Positions 32,391 through 40,937 are shown, numbered from the stretch's first letter. The stretch is 61,719 nt of DNA from a virus (IMGVR_UViG_3300030389_002537:1-61719); one strand, 5' to 3'. The notes: generated by a model not told the origin, from the letters alone. Program-made: numbers and translations.

Positions 32391-32465
32391 GATTCAAGTG
32401 GGTAGTAGCACGCCATATAGCTACTAATTACGTGGTTGGTTTCGCCTAACCTCGACCATTGAATC
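32391..32465 (-). ncRNA. Structured 5' leader (multi-stem junction)
   Basis: Closing stem GATTCAA/TTGAATC; inner stems TAGTAGC/GCTACTA and GGTTAGG/CCAACC; starts just after a promoter. Confidence 0.45.
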
Positions 32466-32471
32466 GGACTG

Positions 32472-32503
32472 CTAAGATACGACATAGAGTCCATAAATCC
32501 AAA
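32472..32503 (-). promoter_or_regulatory. Early promoter (TTTG-N20-TATCTTAG)
   Basis: -33 and -7 elements at Bacteroidetes spacing; AT-rich upstream. Confidence 0.65.
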
Positions 32504-32527
32504 TTTATTTTTGTAATAACGTAGTTA

Positions 32528-32830
32528 TTAGTATAGCTTTTTGACCTCCATGTCTAACTGTTTAGCAGCATAGTTGATGTGCTTAGATGTAGTGGGTGAA
32601 TGGTGCTTTGGTACGACTAGCGTGCCTACACCCTCCCACCCAAAAGCAACGTCAGTTTCGTAGCTCTTGACTATGATTCGCCACCCATGCCTACCGTTGT
32701 ACTCTTTACGCACCGATAGGTTTTGCTTGTACTTTGGTAAATCGATCTCGCGTGTGTGCGGTACACCCCACAGGTGTCCATCATCTCTGTACATTTCGTA
32801 CACTTCGTCTGCTCTTTCTAGTAATCCCAT
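32528..32830 (-). CDS. Phage protein with SYxT and SPTTSKHIN motifs
   Basis: 100 aa; motif recalled as common in phage early regions. Confidence 0.65.
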   Translation of the reverse strand: MGLLERADEVYEMYRDDGHLWGVPHTREIDLPKYKQNLSVRKEYNGRHGWRIIVKSYETDVAFGWEGVGTLVVPKHHSPTTSKHINYAAKQLDMEVKKLY

Positions 32831-32832
32831 GT

Positions 32833-32976
32833 TTATTGATATTTGTCAAGTTTAACATCGCTGTATCCACGCACACTAAATTCGTGTGCAAGCATAGTAG
32901 CATCATCTAAGGTTAGTAAGTAGTCGTTTACTTCTGTACCACCTACCCACACTGAATAAATTTTTTCTGTATCCAT
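32833..32976 (-). CDS. Small hypothetical protein (47 aa, not in ORF track)
   Basis: MDTEKIYSVWVGGTEVNDYLL...; AAAACCAATAAAAC-ATG leader. Confidence 0.6.
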   Translation of the reverse strand: MDTEKIYSVWVGGTEVNDYLLTLDDATMLAHEFSVRGYSDVKLDKYQ

Positions 32977-32988
32977 GTTTTATTGGTT

Positions 32989-33138
32989 TTAAAAGTTAAT
33001 ATCTAATTTTGCTTGTTCGCAGAATGCCTCTGCCACTAGGCTTACGCCTTCTGTGTCCTCACACCATGTGAAGTACTCGTATGCTAGTTCTAGCTCTTCA
33101 AAGCTAAATCCTCTGTATGGGTTGAATATTCTACTCAT
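32989..33138 (-). CDS. Small acidic hypothetical protein
   Basis: Start MSRIFNP at 33138, ATGA-coupled to upstream mini-gene. Confidence 0.55.
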   Translation of the reverse strand: MSRIFNPYRGFSFEELELAYEYFTWCEDTEGVSLVAEAFCEQAKLDINF

Positions 33139-33218
33139 GATGCTATCGCCATTGTGCATACGCTTACTACAAAGATTGTCCATGTGCTTAGCACGATTGT
33201 TATTAGTTTATCCTTCAT
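33135..33218 (-). CDS. 27-aa membrane peptide (not in ORF track)
   Basis: MKDKLITIVLSTWTIFVVSVCTMAIAS; AAACCAATAAAAA-ATG leader; coupled at both ends. Confidence 0.5.
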   Translation of the reverse strand: MKDKLITIVLSTWTIFVVSVCTMAIAS

Positions 33219-33221
33219 TTT

Positions 33222-33389
33222 TTATTGGTTTAAATTGTCATATTGTTTAGCTAGGTATTCGATTTCTTCAGGGTGTATGGCTACATTCAGGTACTCCGAT
33301 ACGTTGATGTAGAGCATACCACCTACCTCTTCGCTAGGCGTTTCGTGGTGTACTTCAAGCACGAATGATGCTTTTTCTAATTGTGTCAT
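33222..33389 (-). CDS. Small hypothetical protein (55 aa, not in ORF track)
   Basis: MTQLEKASFVLEV...DNLNQ; ATGA overlap with upstream gene. Confidence 0.55.
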   Translation of the reverse strand: MTQLEKASFVLEVHHETPSEEVGGMLYINVSEYLNVAIHPEEIEYLAKQYDNLNQ

Positions 33390-33823
33390 AGCAATATTTC
33401 TTTTTGGTTTTTACAGTCGTAGATTGCGATTTCGCCATGCTCTTTCGCTAGTTTCGTAGCTACGTCAAGGCTATACAGGTGTTGCACAAGGTCGAAGTAT
33501 ATCTGCCCCTTGTGTATCCATGTACCTACACCAATTCCAGAGGCGTACTTGTACATACGGTATGTGTTTTGGTGTTCATCAAGTAGCGTGTGATACTTAT
33601 CCCATAGCTTTTTGAACGCTTTGAAGTGTGCGCTTACGTCAGGGTATGCACTGCCGTCAACCTCTGCATACATAGTGGTTGGTTCAGTTAAACCACCTAC
33701 AATGTAACCTTCGGTTGGGTTGGTTGTGCCATCTGCAAGGCGTGTATATCCACCGTCTATGAGCGTATTAGCGTACGGTATACGTTTCTCGTATTCTTTC
33801 AGTAAATCCATAGAATAGTTCAT
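33386..33823 (-). CDS. Early phage protein of unknown function
   Basis: GGYT..PTEGYIVG..GTW..YFD..A.LA..GEIAIYD pattern. Confidence 0.65.
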   Translation of the reverse strand: MNYSMDLLKEYEKRIPYANTLIDGGYTRLADGTTNPTEGYIVGGLTEPTTMYAEVDGSAYPDVSAHFKAFKKLWDKYHTLLDEHQNTYRMYKYASGIGVGTWIHKGQIYFDLVQHLYSLDVATKLAKEHGEIAIYDCKNQKEILL

Positions 33824-33846
33824 GATGTATAAAATTTTGGTTTGTA

Positions 33847-33900
33847 AGAGGGTTTATATACTACTCTCATAAATGAGAGGAGTAGTATATTAAACCTTCT
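33847..33900. other. Long imperfect hairpin (possible RNase III site)
   Basis: AGAGGGTTTA-TATACTACT...AGTAGTATA-TTAAACCTTCT inverted repeat. Confidence 0.55.
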
Positions 33901-33908
33901 AAAGGTTA

Positions 33909-33954
33909 GAGCCAAGAGGGGATTCGAACCCCTTCGCACCCTGTGTGCTTGGCT
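33909..33954 (-). ncRNA. Minimal tRNA-like element (acceptor stem + T-arm only)
   Basis: AGCCAAG/CTTGGCT 7-bp stem stacked on AGGGG-TTCGAAT-CCCCT; only 14 nt in place of the D and anticodon arms. Confidence 0.6.
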
Positions 33955-33964
33955 TGTGTGGGTG

Positions 33965-34360
33965 TTACGCTACCTGTGGCGCACCGTCCATGAGTGCCTT
34001 GCAGTAGCGAACTGCGTCCTCAACAGAGTAGCCGAGTGAACGTAGTTCACTGAATTCAGGTAGGGCATTCACCTCTGCAACCGCTTCGGGTATGAAGTTT
34101 TCAGCTATCGCTGACTGCTTTTGCGCTTGCGCTTCGAGCTTTTGGTTTTTCGAAACCTTCGCTTTTGCCTTGCGCTTTGGCTTGCGCTTCGGTGCAGGTG
34201 CTACCTCTTCGAGGTTAGAGATAAAGTTTGCTAGAGTCTCCATAGACTCTGACAACTCCTTAAGGAGTTTCACAGCGTGTGCCTTGCGCTTGCTTGTTGG
34301 GTTGAACTTCGCTTGATTTACGGCTTTCTTTGCCTGCTTGATGAGTGTGCTTGTAAGCAT
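33965..34360 (-). CDS. First early gene, Lys/Ala-rich hypothetical protein
   Basis: 131 aa directly after the early promoter; ATACATC-ATG leader. Confidence 0.7.
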   Translation of the reverse strand: MLTSTLIKQAKKAVNQAKFNPTSKRKAHAVKLLKELSESMETLANFISNLEEVAPAPKRKPKRKAKAKVSKNQKLEAQAQKQSAIAENFIPEAVAEVNALPEFSELRSLGYSVEDAVRYCKALMDGAPQVA

Positions 34361-34408
34361 GATGTATAAGATTTTTGGTTTACGTCAATTCCGAATGAAT
34401 CGACACCA

Positions 34409-34440
34409 CAAAGATATGGAAATAAAACACCGATGTCAAG
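34409..34440 (-). promoter_or_regulatory. Major early promoter (TTG-N20-TATCTTTG)
   Basis: Perfect Bacteroidetes/Flavobacterium consensus; followed by hairpin GTCGATTC/GAATTGAC. Confidence 0.8.
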
Positions 34441-35047
34441 TTTTTGAGGGATTAATTTCGTGCGCGATTTCTCCCGCAGGAAGGTTACGAAGTAACCCGC
34501 GTGGAAACAGGCGAAAATTCGGGCTATGCCGCGAGCGCTTGCGTGTGCATGACGCGAGGCAGATTTTGTATTGATAATTCATGGTTTGTATTGCAATTAA
34601 ATCGCCAATAAATGCTAACAATGAGGGGGTAATTATCAACAATAAAACTGAGGGTTGTGCGCATGCGTGTTAGAGTTATACTCTAAGACGTGTATGGTAC
34701 GGGGGTGATTGTCACACACTTACGTCGAACCGTGCCCAATTTCGTGTATTTGCGATGCGGTTAAACAATGAGTTTAAGTTTGATGCACTACTTACTTGGG
34801 TATCAGTGAGTTACCGTCGTACACTTGGGCATGTCACACGTCCATATGCGAAGGGGGGAGGTCAAAATTTTCGATTTTTTTACAAAAAATTTGCTTTTTA
34901 AATTACATATAATCCCCACCCTAAACATTTCTCGCCGTTTTTTCCAGGGGGATCCGTATTTTTTTTGCGATGGTTATACCCCCTTCCCATTCTAAAGCAT
35001 TGATAAGCGGTCAATTAGACTATTTTGCTTAAATCAGCACTTTAATC
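34441..35047. other. Non-coding region between divergent promoters (candidate physical termini or origin)
   Basis: No credible ORF; CGCG-rich patches, G runs, A/T tracts, palindrome TTAGAGT-TAT-ACTCTAA at 34670-34686. Confidence 0.5.
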
Positions 35048-35078
35048 TTGACTTTTAAAAAAATATGTTATACCTTTG
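35048..35078 (+). promoter_or_regulatory. Rightward promoter (TTG-N20-TACCTTTG)
   Basis: Perfect -33/-7 consensus and spacing. Confidence 0.8.
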
Positions 35079-35167
35079 CTATCCATATGATGCATATCAA
35101 AGCTAATCTAGATGATTAGGGTGTGTATACACGAATAAGCATTATAAATGTTAAATACAGGTTAGCT

Positions 35168-35455
35168 ATGCGCATAAAAAAGAGAGATCCAAAGGTAGGA
35201 ACGGGTAAAAAACCAAAGGGTTCAGGAAGAAGGCTGTATACAGACGAGAATCCTAAGGATACTGTGCGTATAAAGTTTGCTACACCAGCAGATGCCAGGA
35301 GGACCGTATCAAAAGTGAAAAGAAGCGGTAAATCTTTTGCAAGAAAAATACAAATATTGACGGTTGGTGAGCAGAGAGCTAAAGTAATGAAGAAGAATAA
35401 AGTTGTAAATATATTTAAAAGAGGTAAAAACGCCATTCGTCGTGAAAGTAAATAA
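35168..35455 (+). CDS. Small highly basic protein
   Basis: ATG 35168; DPKVGTGKKPKGSGRRLYTDENPKDTV motif. Confidence 0.7.
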   Translation: MRIKKRDPKVGTGKKPKGSGRRLYTDENPKDTVRIKFATPADARRTVSKVKRSGKSFARKIQILTVGEQRAKVMKKNKVVNIFKRGKNAIRRESK

Positions 35456-35564
35456 AAGAAAATACATATCTAACAAGATCAAGAAGATTATGGCCGAGGG
35501 TAAGCCCATGAAACAGGCGGTTGCTATCGCCTTGAGTATGTATAAGAGGAAGATGAAAAAGTAG
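35442..35564 (+). CDS. 40-aa basic protein (not in ORF track)
   Basis: GTG start; EGKPMKQAVAIALS motif. Confidence 0.6.
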   Translation: MKVNKRKYISNKIKKIMAEGKPMKQAVAIALSMYKRKMKK

Positions 35565-35572
35565 TATATTTG
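35565..35572 (+). promoter_or_regulatory. -7 element TATATTTG, 4 nt before ATG
   Basis: Consensus match directly after a stop codon. Confidence 0.7.
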
Positions 35573-35576
35573 CTCC

Positions 35577-36827
35577 ATGGCATTATTCGACAATATTAAC
35601 CGAAGACTCAAATCTATGCAGGAAGGCGGGAGACCGTTTGTAATGCCTGAGGTAGATGATGGATCTATCGGCGGATTTAACAGACCAGAGCTTAGAGGTC
35701 TGCGTAAACAAGCTCGTAGAGGTACATTAACCAATAGAGAACGTAGACGTTTAAACTATTTAACAAACGAGGCTAGAGGAAGGCGAAGAAGTGGACTGCT
35801 TGGTGGACTAGGCGGTGCAGCCGCGGCTTTAGGTGCAGCTGCGCTTATTAAAGGTGGCGGTGCTAAGGGGTTGATGGATAGTATTAAGGGTAGAATGGAT
35901 AGCCTTAAAGAAGTATTAGAAACTAGAAAAGAGGAAAGAGATATAGCTAAAGAGCAAAAACCATCAAGAGAAGATCGTAATATTGAGATGTTGGAAGGTA
36001 AGCCAGCAACTGAGATCGAAAGAGATCAAGGAGAAAGACCTGCGCTAAGAGGTGTTGATGAGAATGATGCAGCTATGAGACAGCTTATGGAGGAGCGAGA
36101 TTTAGAAGAGTCTGATCGTTTAACAGACGAGGAGCAGCTACAGGAAGCGACAAGAGAAGCGGATAAGATCTCTGCGATAGACGAAGCAAAAGCAGCAGGA
36201 ACATTCAAAAGAGTAGGTCCACCTCGTGGTGGAAGCACTCCAGAAGAAGAGTTTGCTCCAGGAACCAGCACAGAGGATATGTTAGAAGCACTTCAAAATG
36301 TTGAAACACCAGAAGAACGACAAAGAATACTAGATGCGATGGGAGCTGTCACAGGTCTTAGTGGAGAAGAGGAGCAGAAACAGCAGATGATATTAGAAGA
36401 GGCTCTACAAAAAGGTAGAGGAACTCCAAGTGGTCCATTGCAGGGTGGTGTACCTTCAGGTCAGGGAGAGGAAGTTGAAGTTCCTATGTCAACTAGAGAC
36501 ATGTTAACACAACTAAAACAAGGGGTAGATCCTGAACTTTTAGGCGCTGTTAGAGGCGGTGGTGGAGAAAGTTTACTTTCTAAAGTTGATCCAGAAGGTT
36601 TAGTTCAAGGTGAAGAAGGCGCAGAGGGAGCTTTAAGGCTCTTGCAAACTATAAATAAAAGAAGAGCAGATTTTGGTTTACCGCCTGCTACTAAATTAAC
36701 CAGGGAGTTATTAGACTCTCCAACAGGTACGATTGAAAGACTTAATCCACCTCAGGCAGGTCCAATACGATCAGGTAGAATGGATGCTGGTGGCATGGTA
36801 AAACGAATGATGGCAAGATATAACTAA
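35577..36827 (+). CDS. Hypothetical protein, possibly capsid-internal
   Basis: 416 aa; MQEGG and MDAGG motifs at the termini; one Gly/Ala hydrophobic segment; charged coiled coil. Confidence 0.6.
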   Translation: MALFDNINRRLKSMQEGGRPFVMPEVDDGSIGGFNRPELRGLRKQARRGTLTNRERRRLNYLTNEARGRRRSGLLGGLGGAAAALGAAALIKGGGAKGLMDSIKGRMDSLKEVLETRKEERDIAKEQKPSREDRNIEMLEGKPATEIERDQGERPALRGVDENDAAMRQLMEERDLEESDRLTDEEQLQEATREADKISAIDEAKAAGTFKRVGPPRGGSTPEEEFAPGTSTEDMLEALQNVETPEERQRILDAMGAVTGLSGEEEQKQQMILEEALQKGRGTPSGPLQGGVPSGQGEEVEVPMSTRDMLTQLKQGVDPELLGAVRGGGGESLLSKVDPEGLVQGEEGAEGALRLLQTINKRRADFGLPPATKLTRELLDSPTGTIERLNPPQAGPIRSGRMDAGGMVKRMMARYN

Positions 36828-37300
36828 TGGCAACACTAACATCAACAATAACAGAGAGTATATCTCTAAACGGAGCGGACAGAGGATCCACTAATACATT
36901 AAGTATATCATCCGTAACACAGGTGTTCCACCGTATCGTAACATGTCCAGCAGATCAAGATACCACTTTAGTAACTTTCGATGATTCCACAGATGACGTA
37001 GCTGGTACAGCTGGTGCATTAGATGTAGAAGATGTAAAGTATATAAGGGTAACAAATCTTGGTTCACAACCAGTAAACTTATCATTACAGATAGATGCAG
37101 GAGAAGACAATACAGCTGCTGACGAGTCAGCCACTATATTGTTAGCTGCAGGTAGGAGCTTTATTATGGGGGCAGCAGCGGACGGTGTAGCTGTAAGCGA
37201 TACTGATGGTAATATAGTTACCACTTTACACCATTTAGAATCATTATTAATCGACCCTTCGAGTAACGCGGTTACTGTAGAGGTATTTATAGCAAGTTAA
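36827..37300 (+). CDS. Putative virion structural / decoration protein
   Basis: 157 aa, beta-rich; similar to the ORFs at 53230 and 53625. Confidence 0.55.
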   Translation: MATLTSTITESISLNGADRGSTNTLSISSVTQVFHRIVTCPADQDTTLVTFDDSTDDVAGTAGALDVEDVKYIRVTNLGSQPVNLSLQIDAGEDNTAADESATILLAAGRSFIMGAAADGVAVSDTDGNIVTTLHHLESLLIDPSSNAVTVEVFIAS

Positions 37301-37303
37301 GAT

Positions 37304-39076
37304 ATGAAGTATATGAAAAAAGGCGGGAGATCATTCCCAGATTTAAACAAAGATGGTAAGATAACCATGGCTGATATCTTACAAGGTAGAGGCGTTATAA
37401 GAGGTAAGCGTAAAAAGAAGAGAGCAGCAGGAGGTATGTATGTACCGCCTGGCGATCAGATGGGTATTGGTGGTGCTTTACTTACCGTTGGCAGGAATAT
37501 AGCACAAGGCAAGGGATTAGGTAGCGGTGTGTTAAAAGGTGTAGGTAGAGCTGCCGTTACACCAGGTAGCGGAATAGGCGCTGGTGCTGGACTTGTTGGA
37601 GCTTTGGCTGGAAAATCTAAAAACCCAATGATTCAGAAAATAGGTAAAGGAATTTCTGGGGTTGGACAGATAGCTGGCATGTTCACTGGCGGCGGAGGTG
37701 CTGGTGGAGGTATTCTTCAAAAGGCTGGTGGTCTATTGAAGGGAGCTACTGGTGGTGGTGTACTACAGGGCTTGGCTGGAAAGCTTTTTGCAGAAGACGG
37801 CATGAAGGTGTCATACGGTGATGGGGGTAAGATGAGCTATGGGCACGGAGGTGAAGCAAAGCCTATGGTTGTGCTTAAAATAGCTGAGGACGGTATGAAG
37901 GTTATGAAAAATGGTGGTGTAAATGGTGTAAATGGAGATAATGGAGATAATGGAGATATTGTTTTTAAAGGTGACGAAAAGATAGATGCTCCTGGAGATA
38001 CAGGAACTGACATCTATACATCAATTGAAAGAGGTGCCAACAAGTATGCAGCTACCAAAGAGGAAAAAGAAGCTAACGAAGCTTCTAGAAAGGCTCTAGT
38101 AGCAGATATCAAACAAATTCAAAAAGAGAACGAAGACAAATTTAAAGAGCTTCGGGATAGTGGACAAATTACTAATCTGGAATATGCCGAACTTACTGGT
38201 AAAAGCGCAAAGGGAAAACCTTTGAAAACTATGGGTATATTGTCTAAATTAGGTGTTATAAATTTAGAAGACTACCCTAATTTCAAGAAGCGTATTGATT
38301 TTTTTACTGCTGGATGGGGTGATCAAACTAAAGCAGACTTTATTAAAGGAATAGATGCTGAGGTTATTAATGAAAATTCACTTTCAGAAGCTGGAAGTGC
38401 TGGTAATAAATCACAAGTAAGTGAGGCTAGCTTTATAGAAAGGATGTATAGAGGTGGAGATCCATCAAAAGGATTTAAGAGGTCTCTTACAAATAGAGAG
38501 GGTGAATTAGAATATAAAATGATAGATAATTTAAATCCTTTTGCAGGTAAAGAACTAGAAGCTTCAAGATTTGGAAAGACGAATTTAGTTAGATTTGGTC
38601 CATCTCAATTTTATACTTACATAGAGGGGCAGGAGCGTAAAGATATTGATCCAATAGAACCTTTAAAAGCTACTGCAATACCGATTGAAAGACGCGAGCA
38701 GGATATAGCAATGAGAATGAGGGAAGCACCTGAACCCCTAGTCCCTGATCCAGACCCTGATCCAGATCCTGATCCTGATCCTGATCCTAGTCCAGATCCT
38801 GGTACACCTCCAGGACCTTCTCAGATAGACCTTGGGATTCCTGAACCTATTTATACAGACTACACTGGAGGGATGGAAACATTAGCTACTGGCCCGTTTC
38901 AACAACAGGAGAGATTGATAAGCGAACAAATGGGAAGTCAAGCAGACGGAGGCAGGGTTTACGATAAAGGAGGTAAAATGCCCCCAGAGCTATTAGCTTA
39001 CTTTTTAAAGAAGCGAAAGGAAAAGAAGCGCCGCATGATGATGGGTGGTAGAAATTATAGAGTTGTAAAGAGATAA
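37304..39076 (+). CDS. Hypothetical protein with many xxGG motifs
   Basis: 590 aa; FPDLNKDGKITMADIL (EF-hand-like loop), Gly-rich region, (DP)n tract around 38744-38800. Confidence 0.6.
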   Translation: MKYMKKGGRSFPDLNKDGKITMADILQGRGVIRGKRKKKRAAGGMYVPPGDQMGIGGALLTVGRNIAQGKGLGSGVLKGVGRAAVTPGSGIGAGAGLVGALAGKSKNPMIQKIGKGISGVGQIAGMFTGGGGAGGGILQKAGGLLKGATGGGVLQGLAGKLFAEDGMKVSYGDGGKMSYGHGGEAKPMVVLKIAEDGMKVMKNGGVNGVNGDNGDNGDIVFKGDEKIDAPGDTGTDIYTSIERGANKYAATKEEKEANEASRKALVADIKQIQKENEDKFKELRDSGQITNLEYAELTGKSAKGKPLKTMGILSKLGVINLEDYPNFKKRIDFFTAGWGDQTKADFIKGIDAEVINENSLSEAGSAGNKSQVSEASFIERMYRGGDPSKGFKRSLTNREGELEYKMIDNLNPFAGKELEASRFGKTNLVRFGPSQFYTYIEGQERKDIDPIEPLKATAIPIERREQDIAMRMREAPEPLVPDPDPDPDPDPDPDPSPDPGTPPGPSQIDLGIPEPIYTDYTGGMETLATGPFQQQERLISEQMGSQADGGRVYDKGGKMPPELLAYFLKKRKEKKRRMMMGGRNYRVVKR

Positions 39077-39082
39077 CCACTC

Positions 39083-39253
39083 TTATTTTTCCCATGGCAT
39101 AGGCGACTGAAGATGTCTGTATGTAATTACAAGTTCTTGCATCTGTGCACTGTTGTACCTTCTAATCTTTCGATTGTTTTCTGATGCCTCTGTTGGTAAG
39201 AATGGTAGTAGTAATGCTACCCCTAGTGCTGTTAATAATATTTTAGTTTTCAT
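39083..39253 (-). CDS. Small putatively secreted peptide (56 aa)
   Basis: MKTKILLTALGVALLLPFLPTEA signal-peptide-like start; fills the gap antisense to the late arm. Confidence 0.5.
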   Translation of the reverse strand: MKTKILLTALGVALLLPFLPTEASENNRKIRRYNSAQMQELVITYRHLQSPMPWEK

Positions 39254-39285
39254 AACGTATGGATTAATGGTTAACAAATCAGTCG

Positions 39286-39293
39286 TATATTTG
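39286..39293 (+). promoter_or_regulatory. -7 element TATATTTG upstream of the DUF5675-like gene
   Basis: Same CGTATATTTG context as other late promoters. Confidence 0.5.
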
Positions 39294-39427
39294 GACTGCT
39301 GATCTCAGTATACGATAAAGTTTTCGTAAAAACAAATTTTGATTGAAAAAAAAATACTTTAACACAAAGAAAAAACGCAAAGATCCAGCCGTAGAGGCAG
39401 AAAAAATAAGGTTAAATAAAATAAAAA

Positions 39428-39949
39428 ATGAAACTAGAAGTAATAAGATTCAACAAAGGTAAAGATTCCACTAACGGTATATTATTCGATATAACAGATG
39501 GACCACGAAAATTTCTATGCTACACGCTGGAAGACGAAAGTCGCGAGAAAAAAGTATACGGAGAAACTTGTATACCTGAAGGAGAGTATAATATCGGCTT
39601 TCGAACTGTGGGTGGATATCACTCCAAGTACAGCAAGAGATTTGCTGACATACATAAAGGTATGCTTCATGTCTTGGATGTCCCAGGCTTTGAATATATT
39701 CTTCTTCACTGCGGTAATACTGATGAGGACACTGCGGGATGTTTACTACTGGGTGACACGCAAGAAAACAACAACACAAAAAAAGACGGTTTTATAGGAA
39801 AGAGCACTACCGCTTACAAGCGTGTGTATCCGCCTATAGCAAAAGCACTAGAAGATGGAGAGGAGGTAACTATCGTATATAGAGATTTTACAGAAAGTCT
39901 TATATTGCAGCCGTCGGATATAACTGAATTTTTTGGAGGACAAGCATAA
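39428..39949 (+). CDS. DUF5675-like protein, candidate endolysin
   Basis: CYTLED, TCIPEG, VPGFEYILLHCGN and TAGCLLLG (H..C catalytic-like) motifs. Confidence 0.7.
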   Translation: MKLEVIRFNKGKDSTNGILFDITDGPRKFLCYTLEDESREKKVYGETCIPEGEYNIGFRTVGGYHSKYSKRFADIHKGMLHVLDVPGFEYILLHCGNTDEDTAGCLLLGDTQENNNTKKDGFIGKSTTAYKRVYPPIAKALEDGEEVTIVYRDFTESLILQPSDITEFFGGQA

Positions 39950-40707
39950 TGTTAGGATTAGGAAAAAGTATATTATCACCATATGTAGGAGGTGAAACTC
40001 CTTATACAAACACTCACTCTGTTCGTTTTCCTCAATCAACAACAACTGATTTTTTTGACACAAATACTACTTTGCAAACTCAGTTAAGAGGATCATTTTC
40101 TATTTCTATGTGGGTTAAACCTGACGATGGCCAATCTAGTTTTGAATGTTTTGTTGGCGTAAACAAAGGCGCACAAAATGCCTTTAATTTTTTTAAAGGA
40201 AACAATGATACTAAGTTAGCATTAATTCATTTTTCAAATTCAGGTCTCGCACTATACCAAAGCAATAGTGCTAATTTTACTGATGGCGAAATGGACTATA
40301 TTCATATAGGTGTAGTAGTAACTAAAAATAGTGGAACTCTTACTTCATACAAACTTTACGTTAATGGTAGTGAAGTAGCTGGAACTCTAACTTCTGGAAT
40401 TACAGAGGCCAACCATAGTAATTATACTAACGATCTTAATCTAATTATAGGAGCGTCGCGGTTTGGATCGGGTCTTCTTGATCAAAATAATCCATTTAAG
40501 GGTAATGCTGATGAATTCGCTTTTTTTGATGATGCTCTTACGGATGCCGAAATGCTCGCTATAGGTGGTGGAGGAGCCCCTACAGATATTACAGGTCATG
40601 ATCACTTACACCTTTACTATAAGATGAATAACAGCGTCACTGATGAAGCTGGCAATAGCAACGGTTCATTAGGAGCGCAAGCTGTTTTCTCAACAACAAT
40701 ACCTTAA
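39949..40707 (+). CDS. LamG / concanavalin A-like lectin domain protein
   Basis: FSISMWVKP, YIHIGVV, LYVNG, LIIGA and FKGNADEFAFFDDALT motifs. Confidence 0.75.
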   Translation: MLGLGKSILSPYVGGETPYTNTHSVRFPQSTTTDFFDTNTTLQTQLRGSFSISMWVKPDDGQSSFECFVGVNKGAQNAFNFFKGNNDTKLALIHFSNSGLALYQSNSANFTDGEMDYIHIGVVVTKNSGTLTSYKLYVNGSEVAGTLTSGITEANHSNYTNDLNLIIGASRFGSGLLDQNNPFKGNADEFAFFDDALTDAEMLAIGGGGAPTDITGHDHLHLYYKMNNSVTDEAGNSNGSLGAQAVFSTTIP

Positions 40708-40709
40708 TT

Positions 40710-40937
40710 ATGGCTGTATATGCAATACTTACTGAAGAAGAGCTTAAATCTTTAACTAATTCAGAAATATTTGATTTTATATGTAACAACTATAAAGCTC
40801 ACTCTGATAGTCCTAAAAGGCAGATGCTTGTTTTTGAAGATTCTTTGCCATCTAGTTTAAGTTCTTATAATCCCTATACAGAGACTGAAGTTCAAGCTAT
40901 GTTTGCGGATCCTAATGATCAATGGTTTTACACCTAA
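40710..40937 (+). CDS. Hypothetical protein
   Basis: 75 aa directly after the lectin gene. Confidence 0.6.
   Translation: MAVYAILTEEELKSLTNSEIFDFICNNYKAHSDSPKRQMLVFEDSLPSSLSSYNPYTETEVQAMFADPNDQWFYT

Noticed and set aside
32391-32465. Hammerhead ribozyme
   Set aside because: GAAA is present but the CUGANGA core is absent on both strands
29658-33954. Canonical tRNA genes at the two GGTTCGA sites
   Set aside because: Neither has a proper D arm plus 7-nt anticodon loop or an encoded CCA; kept as tRNA-like elements only
38744-38800. (DP)n tracts at about 7411 and 38744 as mobile or regulatory DNA repeats
   Set aside because: Synonymous variation indicates protein-level low-complexity linkers
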